Shown here: positions 1 to 9,344 of the stretch, piece by piece
Numbering within the stretch: position 1 is the first letter of the stretch
How the letters are laid out: every line of letters starts with the position of its first letter
NCBI GenBank assembly: GCA_024698145.1
Contig: JAILRO010000014.1
Location: 8,356 to 72,355 of the forward strand
DNA: 64,000 bases
Direction: 5' to 3'
DNA from: Lachnospiraceae bacterium
Lineage (GTDB): Bacteria; Bacillota; Clostridia; Lachnospirales; Lachnospiraceae
Position numbers and translations under genes: made by a program
Notes under the pieces: model-generated
The model's database searches: none
Seen by the model: only the letters and a program-made list of their open reading frames with translations
Told to the model about the DNA's origin: nothing

Positions 1-110
1 AAGACCCGGATCTTCGCGAACAGGTTCGCAAGGAATTGGAAGTTTATCAGATTAATGTGTAAATGTTGCTATGTGGCAGGAAGATTTTGTTAGAGAAGGA
101 GAAGTGACAG

Positions 111-953
111 ATGAGTACAAGTATGGTGCTTGAGGGTGGTGGACTTCGCGGATTATATACGGTTGGAGTACTCGATGTTTTTATGGATAATGATATCAAG
201 GTTGACACAATGATGGGAGTGTCGGCAGGTGCGCTTTTTGGTGTTAATTATCCTTCAAAGCAGAGAGAAAGAGGACTTCGTTACAACCTTAATTATGCCA
301 AAGATCCAAGATATATGGGTTTTCGTTCGTTAATAACTACAGGCAATATCGCAAACAAAGAGTTTGCTTATTATGAGATACCATTTAAACTTGATGTATA
401 TGATGAGGAAGCATTTGAGAAATCCGGAATAGATTTTTATGTTGTTGCAACTAATGTTGAAACAGGTAAGGCGGAATACATAAAGATTGATAATGTGCTT
501 GAGCAAATGGAAGCATTTCGTGCAACATCATCAATGCCAATTGTTTCGAAGCTTGTTGAGATTGACGGGAAGAAGTATCTTGATGGAGGATGTGCGGACA
601 GCATTCCTGTTAAGAAATGTATGGAGTTTGGCTGCGATAAAATGATAGTCGTCCTTACAAGACCGATTGATTACAGGAAAAAGAGCGAGAATAATTTCAT
701 TAATTCGGTTGTTTATCGCAAATATCCCGAGTTTGTACAGACACTTAACAACAGACCAACGGATTACAACAAAACTTTGGAAGATATAATTGAGTTGGAG
801 AAGCAAGGTAAGGCATTTGTCATAAGACCGTCTCGTTCAATACCGATTAAGAGGATTGAGCATGACAAGGAAGTGATGCAGAGTATGTATAATCTTGGTG
901 TTGAGGATGCAAAGAAACAGATAGACGGACTGATCAAATATTTGGGAGTATGA
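111..953 (+). CDS. patatin-like phospholipase family protein
   Basis: 280-aa ORF with the oxyanion motif 'GGGLRG', nucleophile elbow 'GVSAG' and a later 'DGG' Asp motif, all typical of patatin/YjjU-type lipases. AAGGAGAA RBS lies upstream of the ATG. Confidence 0.85.
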   Translation: MSTSMVLEGGGLRGLYTVGVLDVFMDNDIKVDTMMGVSAGALFGVNYPSKQRERGLRYNLNYAKDPRYMGFRSLITTGNIANKEFAYYEIPFKLDVYDEEAFEKSGIDFYVVATNVETGKAEYIKIDNVLEQMEAFRATSSMPIVSKLVEIDGKKYLDGGCADSIPVKKCMEFGCDKMIVVLTRPIDYRKKSENNFINSVVYRKYPEFVQTLNNRPTDYNKTLEDIIELEKQGKAFVIRPSRSIPIKRIEHDKEVMQSMYNLGVEDAKKQIDGLIKYLGV

Positions 954-954
954 T

Positions 955-1290
955 ATGGAATACGCAAAGATAGAGAACAAGGATTCATATGGTTTGACGT
1001 GGTATGAACACGCGCAGCCGTACCTTGGAAGCCACAGAGGAATGAGATTTAGAATCGCCAGGGACCCGATGGATGATGTGTCATTAAAAGCAGAGAAGGA
1101 TAAGGGTGAAGCCAACTTTGTTGTTATAATCTGGCCGGAGCCGTATAGTTTTGAGAGCACTTCCGATGAGGAGAAGGAGACGGCCGAGTTTCCTTTCACG
1201 GTTGAAGGCAAAGAAGCCATGATAGAGTGGTTAAATGAGCAGTATGTCAAGCAGTATGATAGATGGGAAGCTGCAAGGGCAAAGCATTGA
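955..1290 (+). CDS. hypothetical protein (111 aa), translationally coupled to the patatin gene
   Basis: The ATG lies 1 nt after the upstream TGA (tgaTATG). Acidic soluble protein with no family I recognise. Confidence 0.55.
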   Translation: MEYAKIENKDSYGLTWYEHAQPYLGSHRGMRFRIARDPMDDVSLKAEKDKGEANFVVIIWPEPYSFESTSDEEKETAEFPFTVEGKEAMIEWLNEQYVKQYDRWEAARAKH

Positions 1291-1371
1291 AAGTGATAGA
1301 AGGATTACTATAATTTGTTTAGGAAACTCGAAAAAGAGTTGGCAGAAAATTGGTTATAGGTAAGGAGAAAT

Positions 1372-2031
1372 ATGGCAAAAAAATATTATGCGGTTGCTGT
1401 GGGTAAAACCCCGGGAATATATCTTACGTGGGATGATTGTAAGACACAGGTGGCTGGTTTCCCTGGTGCAGTATATAAAGGTTTTGATAATATAAATGAT
1501 GCAGAGAACTTTCTTGGTGTCGCATCCGTAGAAAAAGATGTGAAAGTAACCGGGATTGAGAGAGCAGTATTGAAAACAGAAGACGACAAAGACTGTCAAC
1601 GAATCAGCACCGACACATGTCTTGTCGCATATGTTGACGGAAGCTACGATGATACCACCAAGAGATACGCATATGGTTGTGTGCTCGTGTTTGATGACGA
1701 GGTCGTTAAGCTAAACGGTGATAACAATGATGAAGAATATGTTTCCATGAGAAATGTTGCAGGAGAAATACTAGGGAGTGAGACGGCTATCAAATGGGCG
1801 GCAGAACATGGATACAAAGAAGTAGTAATATATTACGATTATGAAGGAATAGAGAAGTGGGCAAACAATATATGGAAGGCCAATAAGCCCGGAACTATAC
1901 GATACAAAGAGTTTATAAAAGAGCAACGCAAGAAGATCAAAATCACCTTCGTCAAGGTGGCCGCCCACACCGGCGTCACCTACAACGAGATGGCGGATCG
2001 CCTTGCGAAGGAAGCGTTAGATTTAATATAG
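1372..2031 (+). CDS. RNase H1-type ribonuclease with N-terminal hybrid-binding (viroplasmin-like) domain
   Basis: N-terminus 'KKYYAVAVGKTPGIYLTWDDCKTQVAGFPGAVYKGF' is the RNase H1 N-terminal/caulimovirus viroplasmin fold. The C-terminal half ('VDGSY...','VAAHTGVTYNEMADRLAKEA') is RNase H-like. GGAGA RBS. Confidence 0.8.
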   Translation: MAKKYYAVAVGKTPGIYLTWDDCKTQVAGFPGAVYKGFDNINDAENFLGVASVEKDVKVTGIERAVLKTEDDKDCQRISTDTCLVAYVDGSYDDTTKRYAYGCVLVFDDEVVKLNGDNNDEEYVSMRNVAGEILGSETAIKWAAEHGYKEVVIYYDYEGIEKWANNIWKANKPGTIRYKEFIKEQRKKIKITFVKVAAHTGVTYNEMADRLAKEALDLI

Positions 2032-2050
2032 TTTTTTTGAGATCATTAAC

Positions 2051-2195
2051 TGCTTGGTAGGCTATATGTTATTCGTAAGCAGGTGCTTTATAAGTCGCCG
2101 GCACTTAGCGAATGCGAAGCATGAGGTTAGAGCCGCTGCGAGCTTATATGCAGCGAAAGCGTGCCTGCGATGAATGACATATGGACTAACAAGCA
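2051..2195 (+). repeat. structured intergenic repeat element, copy A (candidate cis-acting RNA)
   Basis: Shares the core blocks 'CGCCGGCACTTA', 'CCGCTGCG' and 'GAAAGCGTGCCTGCG' with the copies at 14745, 33857, 45666 and 45947. The ends 'tgcttggtaggctatatgttattcg' and 'cgatgaatgacatatggactaacaagca' are inverted complements. Apical hairpin is ATGC-GAA-GCAT. Confidence 0.75.
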
Positions 2196-2230
2196 TGGAA
2201 AGATAATAAAGGTTTGCAAGGAGATACGAC

Positions 2231-2941
2231 ATGGAGTTTTCAAAATATTTCGATCACACAATTCTTAAGGCGGATGCGTCTAGTGAGGATGTGAACAGAA
2301 TAGTAAGAGAGGCGATACAATATAATTTTGCATCGGTTTGTGTAAACAGTGCAAGAACGAAACAGGTTTCAACGCTTTTGCTTGATACGGACATAGATGT
2401 TTGTACGGTTATAGGATTTCCTCTTGGTGCGATGAGCACTATGGCAAAGAAAATGGAGACATTAACCGCAATAGAAGACGGTGCGACCGAGATAGATATG
2501 GTAATAAATGTAGGCGCAGTCAAGGATGGTGACTGGGATCTTGTGACAGAAGATATAGCAGAGGTCAAAGAGGTTTGTCGTCACAATACAACAGGACAGG
2601 AAGCAATTCTTAAGGTAATAATAGAGACATGTCTTCTCACCGAAGAGGAGAAAGTGCTTGCCTGCGAAGCAGCAGTTGAAGCCGGTGCCGATTTCGTTAA
2701 GACTTCAACCGGATTTTCAACAGGCGGTGCAACCGTAGAGGATGTGGCGCTCATGAGAAAGACTGTCGATGCCAAGACAGCAGAACTTGAGAAAGAAACA
2801 GGTAAGAAGTATCCACGTGTAAATGTGAAAGCTTCTGGAGGAATAAGAGATTACAAGACGGCCAAGGCAATGATAGAAGCCGGTGCGGACCGACTCGGAA
2901 CATCAGCAACCGTGGCAATTCTTATGGAATCAGAGAAGTAA
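2231..2941 (+). CDS. deoC: deoxyribose-phosphate aldolase
   Basis: 236 aa. Motifs 'DHTILK', 'SVCVNS', 'EIDMVINVG', 'LKVIIET' and the Schiff-base region 'FVKTSTGF' are typical of DeoC. AAGGAGA RBS. Confidence 0.93.
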   Translation: MEFSKYFDHTILKADASSEDVNRIVREAIQYNFASVCVNSARTKQVSTLLLDTDIDVCTVIGFPLGAMSTMAKKMETLTAIEDGATEIDMVINVGAVKDGDWDLVTEDIAEVKEVCRHNTTGQEAILKVIIETCLLTEEEKVLACEAAVEAGADFVKTSTGFSTGGATVEDVALMRKTVDAKTAELEKETGKKYPRVNVKASGGIRDYKTAKAMIEAGADRLGTSATVAILMESEK

Positions 2942-3003
2942 GAAACTTTACAAATTAGAAAATGGCGAACATGTAATCAACATGATTAATAAGGAGGAAC
3001 GGA

Positions 3004-5244
3004 ATGAGAAGATATAAGAAAGGACTCGCCCTTGTTATGACAACAGCAATGCTGTTAAGCCTTGCAGCATGCGGAGGCAAGAAAGAAGAACCTGCAGCGA
3101 CTACGACAGAAGAAGTGACAGAGGAAACTTCGGAAGAAAAAACAGAGGACGTAGCAGATGCATCCGACGAGATACAGCCCGGTGTCAACTTGATTAAAGG
3201 CGGCGATTTTTCAGACGGAGTAGGAACATTTGGCACATACACTACTAACGGGGGAAGTGTTAAACTCGATGTAAATGATGATGGAGAGTTACAAATCGAC
3301 ATCGCTAATATAGGAACTGTTGAGCATGGCGTTCAGGTATTTTATGACGGTTTTGCAATGCAGGAGGGAGGTGTCTATCAGCTTGATTTTGATGCACATT
3401 CCACAATAGACAGAGACATTGCATGGAGAATCCAGTTAAATGGTGGTGACTATCATGCATATGCAACAGAGACTGTTTCATTAACAGGCGAACCCCAGCA
3501 CTATTCAATGGAGTTTACCATGGAGGAGGGCAGTGACCCCGCTCCGAGATTTTGTTTTAATTTGGGATATGTTGAGAGCATGCAAGAGGCAGGTGTTGAC
3601 GCCGCAAGTGTGGAGGCACATTCGATAATGATAGATAATCTTTCATTGGTACTTAATGATGGTAGCAACATGCAAGAGGTTGAGGCTCTTGCAGAAGCAC
3701 CGAAGATTAAGGTCAATCAGGTTGGTTACAGAAAAAATGATACAAAGAAAGCAGTATTTACCAATCTTGCAGATGATGACACAACTTTTACTGTTGTAGA
3801 TGCTGCAAGCGGAGAGACAGCATTTGAAGGAACACTTTCAGAGCCATCAGAATACAAAGCAGGACAAGAGATGGATTCTACAGGTGACTTTAGTGAGCTT
3901 AACAAAGAAGGAACTTATAAGATTGTAACCGGTAAAGGTGAAGAGTCCGGAGAGTTTAAGATTGGCGACAATGTTTACGAAGATACATACAAAAGTATTG
4001 TGAAAATGATGTATTTACAGCGCTGCGGAATGGAACTTACAAGTGATGAGGCGGGAGATTTTGCTCATCCTGCTTGCCACACCGGAGAGGCTACTATATA
4101 CGGAACGGATAAGAAGATTGATGTAAGCGGTGGATGGCATGATGCCGGCGATTACGGAAGATATGTTGTTGCAGGCGCGAAAGCTGCTGCGGATCTTGTT
4201 CTTGCTTATGAGAAGTTCGGTGAGAAAGATCTTGTTGACGAAGCAAAATACGAGCTTGACTGGATGCTCAAAATGCAGGATCAGACAAGCGGAGGTGTAT
4301 ATCACAAGGTTACATGCGCAAGCTTCCCGGGAGAAGTTATGCCACAGGAAGAGACCGAGGAATTAATCGTAACACCTATATCAAATGCGGCAACAGGTGA
4401 TTTTGCTGCGGTAATGGCACTTGCCGGTCGTGTATGTGATGACAACAAGTATTTGGATGCTGCGAAGAAGGCGTGGGACTATCTTGAACAGCACAAGGGC
4501 GACAGAGGATTTAAAAATCCCGATGAAATATCGACCGGTGAATATCCTGACAAGTATGACAGAGATGAGTATTTCTGGGCGGCAAGTGAGTTATACAAGA
4601 CAACGGGTGATGACAAATACAAAACTGCAATGGCAGAGTATATTGATGACGAGAGAAATCTTGAAGGTATGGGATGGTCAAGCGTAGGAATGTATGGTTG
4701 TTATGCTGCACTTACCAATGATAAACTTCTTACAGATTCAAGTAATTTAAGAAAGACAATACAGGATTATTTTATAGGCAAGGCTAATGAGTCGGTAGAG
4801 ACAAGCGAGAAGAATCCGTATGGTGTTGATTTTACCAATTCTTTCTATTGGGGTTCTAACATGGGAGTCAGCAACAGTGGAATGGTATTGTTGATGGCCA
4901 ATGAGATTGCACCTGATGAGAAGTATGTAAAATGTGCGAAAGGCCAGCTTGATTATTTGCTTGGACTTAATGCGACAGGTTACTGCTTTGTAACAGGACA
5001 GGGTTACTTAAGTCCACAAAATCCTCATCACAGACCTTCGCAGGCAACAGGTAAATGCATGCCGGGTATGCTTGTGGGTGGACCTAACAGCAATCTTGAG
5101 GATCCATATGCCAAAGCGGTGCTTGCAGATGTTGCACCGGCAAAATGTTATATAGACAACGTGCAAAGCTATTCTTGTAATGAGATTACAATATATTGGA
5201 ACTCACCACTTATTTATCTTATGGCAGCGTTACAGGATGAGTAA
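3004..5244 (+). CDS. GH9 endoglucanase lipoprotein (CBM4/9-like module + Ig-like CelD_N + GH9 catalytic domain)
   Basis: Lipobox 'LSLAACGG'. GH9 signatures 'GGWHDAGDYGRY', 'HHRPS' and 'YSCNEITIYWNSPLIY'. The Ig-like module starts at 'IKVNQVGYR'. Confidence 0.9.
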   Translation: MRRYKKGLALVMTTAMLLSLAACGGKKEEPAATTTEEVTEETSEEKTEDVADASDEIQPGVNLIKGGDFSDGVGTFGTYTTNGGSVKLDVNDDGELQIDIANIGTVEHGVQVFYDGFAMQEGGVYQLDFDAHSTIDRDIAWRIQLNGGDYHAYATETVSLTGEPQHYSMEFTMEEGSDPAPRFCFNLGYVESMQEAGVDAASVEAHSIMIDNLSLVLNDGSNMQEVEALAEAPKIKVNQVGYRKNDTKKAVFTNLADDDTTFTVVDAASGETAFEGTLSEPSEYKAGQEMDSTGDFSELNKEGTYKIVTGKGEESGEFKIGDNVYEDTYKSIVKMMYLQRCGMELTSDEAGDFAHPACHTGEATIYGTDKKIDVSGGWHDAGDYGRYVVAGAKAAADLVLAYEKFGEKDLVDEAKYELDWMLKMQDQTSGGVYHKVTCASFPGEVMPQEETEELIVTPISNAATGDFAAVMALAGRVCDDNKYLDAAKKAWDYLEQHKGDRGFKNPDEISTGEYPDKYDRDEYFWAASELYKTTGDDKYKTAMAEYIDDERNLEGMGWSSVGMYGCYAALTNDKLLTDSSNLRKTIQDYFIGKANESVETSEKNPYGVDFTNSFYWGSNMGVSNSGMVLLMANEIAPDEKYVKCAKGQLDYLLGLNATGYCFVTGQGYLSPQNPHHRPSQATGKCMPGMLVGGPNSNLEDPYAKAVLADVAPAKCYIDNVQSYSCNEITIYWNSPLIYLMAALQDE

Positions 5245-5280
5245 TTAACAACGGACACATACGTTGAGGAGGGGAAAGTT

Positions 5281-6744
5281 TTGGAATATCAACAGTTTGA
5301 CCGCGAAGAATTAAACATAAGCACGCTTTCGGAAAAGTTCGGAGATAATGCCGTATCCAATGTTGCTTTGCAACTTGATGCGGAATCATTTTCTCACGTA
5401 TATCGTTATGTTTTGCACCATGCTATTCTCAACAAAAAGAGTGCCTGCAAGATTCTTTTCACAATAGGAAAGCAGGACGGCAGAGATTCGGAAAGCTATC
5501 GTGACGCATGTGATAAGTTCGGAGATTTTGTAATGGCATTTTTCAGGAAATCCGACATCATGACAAGAAGCAGTGCCAATCAGTATTTTCTGCTTGCTGC
5601 AGACATCAAAGAAGCTTCTGTTACGAAACTTCTTGGGACAGTTTTGGAAAAGTGGTACGAGCTTTACAGAGATGATACTGCTCTTTCCTATGAGATTGAA
5701 TACATTGCAGGCGAAGATAATGCAGTCGACTCTGTAAAGGAGAAGAAAATTGTTGTTGTTGATGATGACGCATCGATTCTTCAACTTGCAGGTCACACAT
5801 TAAGTAAAGCGGGCTATTATGTTGCTGCGCTTCGCTCAGGTCAGGCTCTTCTTCGTCATTTGGAAGAAAACCTTCCAGACTTGATTCTGCTAGACGTTAA
5901 GATGGAAGGCATGGACGGATTCGAGACGCTTGAAAAGCTTAGAAGCATGGAGCATGCGGTCGCTGATATTCCGGTTGTATTTCTTACCGCGGATGAAAGT
6001 ATCGAAGCGGAGAAGAGAGGATTGACACTTGGCGCGATAGATTTTATCAAGAAACCTTTTGTGCCGGAAGTACTTATACTTCGTATACGACACATATTAG
6101 AGCTTGAAACTCTCAAGAAATACTTAAGCAGTATGGTTGATATCAAGACGAAGGAAAACCAGAAGCTTATGATGCATGTCGTGAAGTCCCTTGCGGAGGC
6201 AATTGATGCGAAGGACACGTACACGAATGGTCATTCAGGACGTGTTGCGCAATATGCGAAAATGATTGCGCAAAGAGCGGGTTACTCTCCGGAGAAACAA
6301 AACGACATATATATGATGGGCTTGTTGCATGATGTAGGTAAGATTGGAATACCTGATGCGGTAATCAACAAACCCGCGCGACTTACAGAGGATGAGTTTG
6401 AAATTATCAAGAATCATCCTGTTATGGGAGCCAGAATACTTAAGAATATAAAAGAGATGCCGGAGCTTGCAACGGGAGCAAGATGGCATCATGAACGTTA
6501 CGACGGCAAAGGATATCCGGATGGTCTTAAGGGTGAAGAGATTCCAGAGGAGGCCAGAATTATTGCAGTTGCAGATGCGTATGACGCTATGTCGAGCAGA
6601 CGTAGTTATCGAGGGATTCTTCCACAGGAGGTTGTACGCGAGGAAATCGGCAACGGACACGGAACACAATTTGATCCTACATTTGCTGACATTATGCTGG
6701 AAATGATAGATGAAGATGCGGATTATTCAATGAAGGAGTCGTAA
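5281..6744 (+). CDS. response regulator with degenerate GGDEF-like N-domain, REC and HD-GYP c-di-GMP phosphodiesterase domain
   Basis: TTG start after a GAGGAGGGG RBS. REC region 'IVVVDDD...LILLDVKMEGMDG'. HD-GYP motifs 'HSGRV','LHDVGKIGIPD','HHERYDGKGYPDGL'. The N-domain carries 'RSSANQYFLL' where 'RxGGDEF' would sit. Confidence 0.85.
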   Translation: MEYQQFDREELNISTLSEKFGDNAVSNVALQLDAESFSHVYRYVLHHAILNKKSACKILFTIGKQDGRDSESYRDACDKFGDFVMAFFRKSDIMTRSSANQYFLLAADIKEASVTKLLGTVLEKWYELYRDDTALSYEIEYIAGEDNAVDSVKEKKIVVVDDDASILQLAGHTLSKAGYYVAALRSGQALLRHLEENLPDLILLDVKMEGMDGFETLEKLRSMEHAVADIPVVFLTADESIEAEKRGLTLGAIDFIKKPFVPEVLILRIRHILELETLKKYLSSMVDIKTKENQKLMMHVVKSLAEAIDAKDTYTNGHSGRVAQYAKMIAQRAGYSPEKQNDIYMMGLLHDVGKIGIPDAVINKPARLTEDEFEIIKNHPVMGARILKNIKEMPELATGARWHHERYDGKGYPDGLKGEEIPEEARIIAVADAYDAMSSRRSYRGILPQEVVREEIGNGHGTQFDPTFADIMLEMIDEDADYSMKES

Positions 6745-6745
6745 T

Positions 6746-9340
6746 ATGAAGAAGGTAGAAGAAAGAAACGAGCTTTTCCAAACATCACAGATGACGATAC
6801 TGTTAAGCTATACTATTTTTTCAGGCATCCTTACGGTAGAGTCCATTTTGCTTGGATGGGAAATGTGGGCGGTATTACTTATTTTAATGGGGGTTGGAGT
6901 GTCGTGGTTTATACACATCCAGCAGAGATTTAATGAAAAATACAGGGTATGGATATACTCGATATTTATAATGTTTACATTTTTCTTTTATGGCAGTCAC
7001 CCGACGAGTGTTTTCGATACTGTGGCGGTCATGTCTATTGTGCTGATTCTTTTCACAATGACAGGAATCAGGTCACTTATAACATTTTTGCAGATTCTTT
7101 ATTACATAACTTTTGCGTACGGTATTGTTTCTATGTGGCGAGCCGGCGAGAAGTTTGATTCCCTTGTTATCACACGTGCAATACTTCATATTGCAGCTAT
7201 CACAACCATAAGTTGGATATCTAGAACAATCATTACAAAATGGGTGCAGGTGCTTGACCATTCCCGTGACGAGATTGATCAATTAACCTATGCGACACAA
7301 AGACTTAATGATTTCCTTGCCAATGTTTCTCATGAAATCAGAACACCAATAAATGCGATTATGGGACTTACCGGAATATGTATTGACAACGAGCAGGATC
7401 AGGAGAAACTTACTAATCTCATATCGGTGCGTAATGCCGGAAGACGTGTTGCTGAGCAGATAAGTGATATTCTCGACTATTCAGAGATTGACAGTAACAA
7501 ACTGGCTAATAATTACGAAGACTATGAATTATCTTCGGTGCTAAATGATCTTGTTACGGAGATTCGTCCGTACAAGCCGGAGCATATAGAGCTTGTTATA
7601 GACGTTGATCCTGCAATACCTTGCATAATGAATACGGATATCAACAAATTAAAAAAGATACTTCATCACCTTATAATGAATGGTTTGAAATATACAAGTG
7701 AAGGTGGTGTCTATGCGAGAATATCTGTAGAAAAGCAGGAGTATGGTGTCAATCTTATGCTTGAGGTAACAGATACCGGTATAGGTATGGACGAGGAAGA
7801 AACAGAGCGTATTATGGATGGATTCTATCAGGCAGATTCCGGACGAACCAGACATGCGGGCGGACTTGGCCTTGGCCTTTCCATTACATCAGGTTTTGTT
7901 GCTTCACTTGGTGGCTTCATGATGGTTATGAGTAAACCGGGAGCGGGAACGACAGTCAGGGTTTCAATACCACAGAAAGTTGTTGACCCAAGAAGCTGTA
8001 TGTCGCTTAATAATCGCGAAGAAAAATGTATCGGCGCATTTCTTAATTTTGAAAAATATAAAAACCCGAATGTGCGTGAGTATTACAATGCGATGGTTGG
8101 CCATATCGTTGTCGGACTCGGGGTACAGATGCATAGAGTTGATAATGCAGCCAACTTAAAAAAGCTCACTTCATCTGTTAAATTGACACATCTTTTTGTT
8201 GGTGATGAGGAATACCTTTCGGCCTCTGCAGAGCTTGAGAGACTTGCAAAAGAAATGGTAGTAGTTGTTGTAGCGGATGGCAACTTTAAGCTGCCACGAG
8301 GCTCAAGGGTTAAGATAATGGAGAAGCCGTTCTACTGCTTCCCGGTTGTATCTGTACTGAATACGGACTATACAGATTCGGATACCAATGAAGATGTTAT
8401 GTACTGTAATGGAATAAGAGCATTGGTAGTTGATGACGAGCCGATGAACTTAAGTGTTGCAAAAAGTATATTCAAGCGTTACGGCATGGTTGTCTCAACT
8501 GCGGCTTCCGGACAGGATTCAATTGATATGTGCCATGAAAATGAATACGATATTGTCTTTATGGATCATATGATGCCGGGTATGGATGGTGTTGAAGCAA
8601 TGAAACACATCCGTTCGATACGTTCCAAAGAGAATAAAGATTTGCCGATAGTTGCGCTTACTGCCAATGCTGTAAGTTCTGCAAAGGAAATGTTCTTGTC
8701 GGTAGGATTTGATGGATTTGTAAGCAAGCCGGTTGAAAGGCAGGAGCTTGAGCGCGTGCTTAAAAAGGTTCTTCCAAAGTCGGCAATCACATACGAGAAA
8801 GCAGAAGTTGTACAGGAATCATTTACTTCTTCGGAAGAGAACGCAGAGCCTGAACATGAACTTTCAGCATATGAGAAGCTTAATAATTTCGGAATCGATA
8901 CATTGCTTGGTCTTGAGTACTGCCAGAATGATGATGAACTCTATGAGACATTGCTTCGCCAGTTTGTTGAGGAATATCCTGGAAAGCAGAATAAGATTGA
9001 GGAATACTATAACGCAAAAGATTTCAAGAACTATGAGATATACGTTCATGCATTAAAGACCACAGCAAAAATGCTTGGTAATATGCAACTTTCGGAGCAG
9101 GCGAAAGATCTTGAATTTGCTGCAAAGAAAGAGCAGGCTACTTATATAGAAGGTCATCACAATGCTTTGATGTCATCTTACAAATCGACAATGCAGCATA
9201 TCGCTGATATATACGATATACAACCGGTTGACAAACCGGCAGAGAGTTCTTCGGCAGATAGTGAAGATGAAGTGCTTATATTTGCCCCGGAGAAAAATGA
9301 GAATGATGACGTGTTGATTTTTGAACCGGTAAAGGAGTAG
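6746..9340 (+). CDS. hybrid sensor histidine kinase (multi-TM sensor, HisKA, HATPase_c, REC, HPt)
   Basis: H-box 'ANVSHEIRTPIN', G-boxes 'DTGIGM' and 'GGLGLGLS', REC 'ALVVDDEPMN...FMDHMMPGMDG', C-terminal HPt 'YVHALKTTAKMLG'. The start is 1 nt after the upstream stop. Confidence 0.9.
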   Translation: MKKVEERNELFQTSQMTILLSYTIFSGILTVESILLGWEMWAVLLILMGVGVSWFIHIQQRFNEKYRVWIYSIFIMFTFFFYGSHPTSVFDTVAVMSIVLILFTMTGIRSLITFLQILYYITFAYGIVSMWRAGEKFDSLVITRAILHIAAITTISWISRTIITKWVQVLDHSRDEIDQLTYATQRLNDFLANVSHEIRTPINAIMGLTGICIDNEQDQEKLTNLISVRNAGRRVAEQISDILDYSEIDSNKLANNYEDYELSSVLNDLVTEIRPYKPEHIELVIDVDPAIPCIMNTDINKLKKILHHLIMNGLKYTSEGGVYARISVEKQEYGVNLMLEVTDTGIGMDEEETERIMDGFYQADSGRTRHAGGLGLGLSITSGFVASLGGFMMVMSKPGAGTTVRVSIPQKVVDPRSCMSLNNREEKCIGAFLNFEKYKNPNVREYYNAMVGHIVVGLGVQMHRVDNAANLKKLTSSVKLTHLFVGDEEYLSASAELERLAKEMVVVVVADGNFKLPRGSRVKIMEKPFYCFPVVSVLNTDYTDSDTNEDVMYCNGIRALVVDDEPMNLSVAKSIFKRYGMVVSTAASGQDSIDMCHENEYDIVFMDHMMPGMDGVEAMKHIRSIRSKENKDLPIVALTANAVSSAKEMFLSVGFDGFVSKPVERQELERVLKKVLPKSAITYEKAEVVQESFTSSEENAEPEHELSAYEKLNNFGIDTLLGLEYCQNDDELYETLLRQFVEEYPGKQNKIEEYYNAKDFKNYEIYVHALKTTAKMLGNMQLSEQAKDLEFAAKKEQATYIEGHHNALMSSYKSTMQHIADIYDIQPVDKPAESSSADSEDEVLIFAPEKNENDDVLIFEPVKE

Positions 9341-9344
9341 TGCT

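Noticed and set aside
111-2031. Patatin-like lipase + small ORF + RNase H-like gene as a possible CBASS/defence-type module
   Set aside because: No cyclase, sensor NTPase, reverse transcriptase or other defence partner is present. The patatin protein looks like the common housekeeping YjjU/RssA type. The RNase H1-with-HBD protein is widespread in Firmicutes. The RNase H-like gene is also separated from the first two by its own RBS and spacer.
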